Assembly (NCBI GenBank): GCA_963666985.2
Contig: CAXXIA010000002.1
Coordinates: 2,880,001 to 2,944,000 of the forward strand
DNA length: 64,000 nt
Reading direction: 5' to 3'
DNA from: Spirochaetia bacterium
Lineage (GTDB): Bacteria; Spirochaetota; Spirochaetia; DSM-2461
This document shows positions 59,936-64,000 of this stretch, in pieces. Both the position numbers and the translations under genes were made by a program. Below the pieces are notes generated by a model. It saw only the letters and a list, made by a program, of their open reading frames with translations, was not told the DNA's origin and did not search any database. The number at the start of each line of letters is the position of its first letter. Position 1 is the first letter of the stretch.

Positions 59936-60861
59936 AAGAAATCTTTATAAATCTAAAACGTTTCGATGTTCCGAAATCTTCCGGTGGATTGTGTCCGGTG
60001 GAAGATCCTCAGGAATGGATTTCCACCGTGATGGAAGAGACAATCGATTCGGGTATTTTTCAGTATCCTCAGATACCCGTTACTTTTTTTCTCCCAGAAG
60101 GTCTTATACCGCAAGCAGTGCAAACAATGACGCATCACGGGAATATAGGACAGAAACGTCTGTCTATCGGATGTCAGGGTGTATATCGAAAGGATATCGA
60201 GCCGGCTGTAAATTTCGGCGCATTCACGTCCCATAGGCCTGCAAGCGCTGCAAAAGCATTAGGAGCGACATGGGCCATCATCGGTCATTCCGAGGAACGT
60301 CTTGGTTTTGAAGAACTCTTCTCTTTGGCTCGAACGAAGGATGATATTAGCCGGAATACGATAAATACAGTTTTGGGAGAAGAGGCAATGGCCGCTGTGA
60401 AAGCGGGACTTAATGTTCTTTACTGTATCGGAGAAACGGAGGAAGAAAGGGGAGTAGGTAATCCTGATGAAATAAAGAATCGAGTTGGTCGGATTCTTGA
60501 ATCTCAGTTGAGAATTGGGCTATTAAATTTTTTTGCTGCTGATAAATCATTTGTTCCTCCTATTATCGCATACGAGCCCAGATGGGCTATTGGACCCGGC
60601 AAACTACCACCGGACGCCGAATATATCGAGTTCGTCGCGGATCTCATCAAGCTATCCTGCATTAAATTGTTCGGTCATGAGCTGAAGATTGTCTATGGAG
60701 GAGGACTGAAGGAGTCGAATGCCTCTTCAATTTCCTCCGTTTCTTCTCTTGATGGGGGATTGATCGCTCTTACTCAATTCGAAGGTGATATCGGATTTTC
60801 GGTTAAGGGCCTCAAACGGATTATTGACAGGTACATGGAGAACGAGAATGAAGTACATTGA
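59932..60861 (+). CDS. Divergent triosephosphate-isomerase-family protein
   Basis: INLKR, GAFT, IIGHSEER, CIGE, AYEPRWAIG, YGGG; C-terminal loop atypical; GTG start. Confidence 0.85.
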   Translation: MKEIFINLKRFDVPKSSGGLCPVEDPQEWISTVMEETIDSGIFQYPQIPVTFFLPEGLIPQAVQTMTHHGNIGQKRLSIGCQGVYRKDIEPAVNFGAFTSHRPASAAKALGATWAIIGHSEERLGFEELFSLARTKDDISRNTINTVLGEEAMAAVKAGLNVLYCIGETEEERGVGNPDEIKNRVGRILESQLRIGLLNFFAADKSFVPPIIAYEPRWAIGPGKLPPDAEYIEFVADLIKLSCIKLFGHELKIVYGGGLKESNASSISSVSSLDGGLIALTQFEGDIGFSVKGLKRIIDRYMENENEVH

Positions 60862-62287
60862 TTTTGAGTATGGAGAAGGCTATTTACGTGCTGAATTGCC
60901 GGATGATACAGATGTTTTTATCCCCGGAGATACTATTCCTGATCCGGAACGAATATCGGAAGATAAAATAGTTGAGGAGACTCGCCGGTCCATACAAAAT
61001 CCTATTGGAATGAAGCCGATTAAAGAACTTGTCTGTAAAGGATCAAAAGTCTGCATCGTCTTTCCGGATCGTGTAAAAGGTGGATTCCAACCGTCAAGTC
61101 ACCGAAAGACTTCAATTCCTATAATTCTTGAAGAACTGAAAAAAGCAGGGGTGTGTAAAGAGGATATTCTTCTTATTTGTTCAAACGGTCTGCATCGCAA
61201 GAATACGAAGAAAGAAATTAACGCAATATTAGGTGATGTAATTTTTAATGATTTTTGGTGGAACAATCAGATTATCAACCATGACAGCGAGGACTACGAT
61301 AATCTGGTAGATCTTGGAACGGATGAAGATGGTAATCCGGTTATTATCAACAGGTATGTGTATGAAAGCGATTTAACAGTCTGTATCGGCCATACGCTTG
61401 GGAATCCTTATGGAGGTTATTCAGGAGGATATAAGCATACTGCAACAGGAATTACACATTGGAAGTCTATAGCGAGCCATCATGTTCCCGATGTCATGCA
61501 TCGAGAGGACTTCGTACCTGTCAGTTCTTCATCATTGATGCGTAGAAAGTTCGATACAATCAGCATGCATATGGAAAAACGCATGAATAAGAAGTTTTTC
61601 ATGTGTGACGCTGTTCTTGATACTAACTCCAATCAAATAGCTGTTTTTTCCGGCTATGGACGAGAGATGCAACCCATGTCTTGGGAAGTGGCCGATATGA
61701 GAACGTATGTTCCTTTTGCTGAGAAGAAATATGATGTAATGATTTTCGGCATGCCTCAAAATTTTCATTATGGGAATGGTATGGGAACGAATCCGATCTT
61801 TATTATGCAGGCCGCATCAGCTCAAATAATACGACATAAACGGATTATGAATGAGAACTGTGTCATGATTTTTTCTTCAATCTGCAATGGATATTTTCAT
61901 GATCAGGAATTCCCATCCTATAGGGAAACTTATGAATTGTTTCAGCAGGATTATCATAATGTGTTACCCGACATGGCGGAACATGGACCGGCATTCGCGC
62001 ATAGGTCGGAATTCATAGATGCATATAGATATAACTATGCCTATCATCCTTATCATGCGTTCTCAATGATGAGTTGCGGACATTTGGCGGAGAAATATTG
62101 TTCTGCCGTATATTGTGTCGGTGCTTATGAACCCGGTATTGCAAGAGGTATGGGGCTAAAAACACGATCCACTTTCGAAGAGGCTTTAAAAGATGCGCAG
62201 AAATATGTCGGAGCTACACCGCATATTCTGGCTCTGCCCAAAGCATTTCGGACAGCTTCGGTTCATCTTTGTCTGAAGGATGGATAA
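60848..62287 (+). CDS. LarA-like (lactate racemase domain / DUF2088) protein
   Basis: NPIG..PI, FPDR, NGLHRK, NHD, GYSGGYK. Confidence 0.82.
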   Translation: MKYIDFEYGEGYLRAELPDDTDVFIPGDTIPDPERISEDKIVEETRRSIQNPIGMKPIKELVCKGSKVCIVFPDRVKGGFQPSSHRKTSIPIILEELKKAGVCKEDILLICSNGLHRKNTKKEINAILGDVIFNDFWWNNQIINHDSEDYDNLVDLGTDEDGNPVIINRYVYESDLTVCIGHTLGNPYGGYSGGYKHTATGITHWKSIASHHVPDVMHREDFVPVSSSSLMRRKFDTISMHMEKRMNKKFFMCDAVLDTNSNQIAVFSGYGREMQPMSWEVADMRTYVPFAEKKYDVMIFGMPQNFHYGNGMGTNPIFIMQAASAQIIRHKRIMNENCVMIFSSICNGYFHDQEFPSYRETYELFQQDYHNVLPDMAEHGPAFAHRSEFIDAYRYNYAYHPYHAFSMMSCGHLAEKYCSAVYCVGAYEPGIARGMGLKTRSTFEEALKDAQKYVGATPHILALPKAFRTASVHLCLKDG

Positions 62288-62406
62288 TTCATAAGATACG
62301 AGGACCCTGCGGAGACTTCTTTTTCGGCACTGCATTTGTTTGGAAAGAAAGCTTGCCGGTTCTGATGAACCGGCAAGTGCCACATTCCGTTCATTTCATT
62401 TGCGCC

Positions 62407-62717
62407 TCAGTCGCTTCCCGGCCCTTACGGACCAGGAAGTGCCTAAGAACGCTCGGCTATGGATTAACAAGCTAATCCGCAAGCCCTCGCTTAGTCATCC
62501 TGGACTCCTAACGGACTCCAGGCGCCTTGCGTCGCTCGAAAATGGTCGAATCTCACGACTCGATTTTTTCGCTCGCTATCCTAGGGAAATGCGCCGGTGA
62601 ATCGCCGCACTTCTCTCGTTTCACTCGTAGATCAGTCACTTCCCGGCCCTTACGGACCAGGAAGTGCCTAAGAACGCTCGGCTATGGATTAACAAGCTAA
62701 TCCGCAGCCCTCGCTTA
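62407..62717. repeat. Direct repeat pair (62407-62493 and 62632-62717) of double-hairpin units
   Basis: 87 and 86 bp copies differing by one substitution and one 1-nt indel, starts 225 bp apart. Confidence 0.92.
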
Positions 62718-62719
62718 TC

Positions 62720-63826
62720 TTAGTCGTAAAGCAGAGGAGCGATGTCGGCCTGATCCATGTTCTCCGAGGTGTAATACTTCGCGCCGGTGTCGACGTCGGA
62801 GACCGATTCACCCTTGTAGGCCTTGTAGGCCAGTTCCACGGCTTTGTAGCCGATGGAGTAGGGATCTTGAGTGATGGAACCGACGAAGAGGCCCTTGCGG
62901 ACGGCGTTCTTCTGGCCGGCGCCCGCGTCGTAGCCGATAACCACGAGACCCTTGTACTTGGAGGCCAAGTCGGCGCCGTCGTTGGTGGCGGCGAGAAGAC
63001 CTTTAACGGTGGCTTCATTGGAGCAGAATACGCCGAGGATGCGGTCGCCGGCGACTTTGTTCAGCATGGCCGAAGCCGAAGCGGCGGCATCGGTATTGGC
63101 GGCCGAGGCCGGAACGATCATTTCGATGAAGACTTTCTTTCCGGAAGTAGGACTGTTGGAGGCGATGTAGGCCGGGTTGCCGATGACGGCGATGTCGGCC
63201 TTGGAAAGAGCGGTATTCTTGTCGATGAGGTCCACCATGTTGTCACGGAAGCCTTTACCGCGGCTGAGCAGGGATTCGCCCGAAGCGTCCTGGTTCAGAA
63301 CCACGATTTTCACGGGGGCGGCCGCTGTAGCCGCTTCGATGCTGCCTTTGATGATTTCGAACATCTTCTGAGCGGCCAGTCCGGCGGCGGCATAGTTATC
63401 GGTGGACGCGTTTGCCACGATGGAGCCGGCGGGAGCTTCGGGAACGCCCGAGTCGAAACCGACGACCGGAATGCCTTTGCTCTTCAATTCCTCGAGCTGG
63501 TCGATGACGGATGTTGTGCTGAGCGCGGCCAGGGCGATGGCCACGGGGGCTTTCGCCATGGCGTTGTTGAGCATTTCAACCTGGATCTGAACGTCGGATT
63601 CGGAGGGCGGACCCTCGAATGTAACGTCGACGCTGTAGTCGGCGGCCGCGTCCATGGAGCCTCGTTTAACCTGCTGCCAGAAATCGTGCTGCTCGCCTTT
63701 GGACACGACGGCGATGTAGGGCTTGCCTCCCTTGTCTGCGGCCGGCTTTTCTTCTTTTTTGCAGCCGATGAATGCGGTTGTGGCCACGAGGGCCATTGCG
63801 AGAAGTATGAGAATAACTTTCTTCAT
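62720..63826 (-). CDS. Sugar ABC transporter substrate-binding lipoprotein (RbsB-like)
   Basis: Lipobox FIG-C; VSKG..HDFWQ.V..G, GIPVVGFDSG, STDNYAA, ITQDPY.IGY; RBS AAGGAGG. Confidence 0.93.
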   Translation of the reverse strand: MKKVILILLAMALVATTAFIGCKKEEKPAADKGGKPYIAVVSKGEQHDFWQQVKRGSMDAAADYSVDVTFEGPPSESDVQIQVEMLNNAMAKAPVAIALAALSTTSVIDQLEELKSKGIPVVGFDSGVPEAPAGSIVANASTDNYAAAGLAAQKMFEIIKGSIEAATAAAPVKIVVLNQDASGESLLSRGKGFRDNMVDLIDKNTALSKADIAVIGNPAYIASNSPTSGKKVFIEMIVPASAANTDAAASASAMLNKVAGDRILGVFCSNEATVKGLLAATNDGADLASKYKGLVVIGYDAGAGQKNAVRKGLFVGSITQDPYSIGYKAVELAYKAYKGESVSDVDTGAKYYTSENMDQADIAPLLYD

Positions 63827-64000
63827 ACTGTCCTCCTTTTCATTTGTATCGGGATTCGGCGGTACCGGATTCCGACTTACCCGGCCGACGGCCGGGCCGT
63901 TTTCAATTTTGATGAGCGGCTTTTCCTTACCACCCCGTTCGGCAGCTCTCCCGCCGCCGAACAGGCTCCTGATTCCCGCACTGCCGGGGTGCGGCTGAAA

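Larger units (their letters stand above)
49566..62287. other. AT-richer carbohydrate-utilisation island (probable horizontal acquisition)
   Basis: Visible drop in GC and in the CCGG/GGCC-rich style relative to both flanks; self-contained regulator, transporter and enzymes; no integrase or tRNA seen. Confidence 0.6.

Noticed and set aside
49554..62350. Integrative element or prophage explanation for the AT-richer island
   Set aside because: No integrase, tRNA, phage gene or matching att repeats at both ends were seen
62345..62381. Hammerhead ribozyme suggested by CTGATGA at 62362-62368
   Set aside because: CTGATGA sits across the loop of a simple hairpin; no stem II-GAAA-stem III-UH arrangement can be built
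62407..62717. CRISPR array or IS element ends
   Set aside because: Only two near-identical long direct copies, no terminal inverted repeats or target duplication, no transposase; the 86-aa ORF at 62340-62600 has no recognisable motif

Overview
Gene-dense 64 kb bacterial chromosomal window. It is most likely from an anaerobic spirochaete (Spirochaetales), inferred from cyclophilin-FKBP fusions, spirochaete-style substrate-binding-protein N-termini and an HATPase-cNMP protein; this was not checked by any search. The GC-rich backbone carries radA, two PPIases, serA, aspS, dtxR-feoA-feoA-feoB, an RND pump, an ABC-F protein, glycerate kinase, carbamate kinase and serC-lrp-DUF1015. Two blocks look AT-richer by eye: a LysR/sulfatase/TRAP/hybrid-kinase block (~11.9-20.2 kb) and a TRAP/sugar-catabolism island (~49.6-62.3 kb). 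No rRNA, tRNA, CRISPR array, transposase or integrase was recognised. Best candidates for new biology: (1) a coupled four-gene operon at 45.5-49.6 kb (fold-type-II PLP enzyme, MurL-like PP-loop/Cys-cluster protein, non-canonical Ddl-like ATP-grasp ligase, GNAT) behind a structured leader, downstream of serC/DUF1015; (2) an AraC regulator fused to a copy of the TRAP DctP encoded divergently next to it; (3) two intergenic hairpin arrays with compensatory base changes (38.2 kb, 62.4-62.7 kb); (4) a zinc ribbon inserted inside a GGDEF C-terminal motif. All family calls come from motif recognition by eye; no database searches were run.
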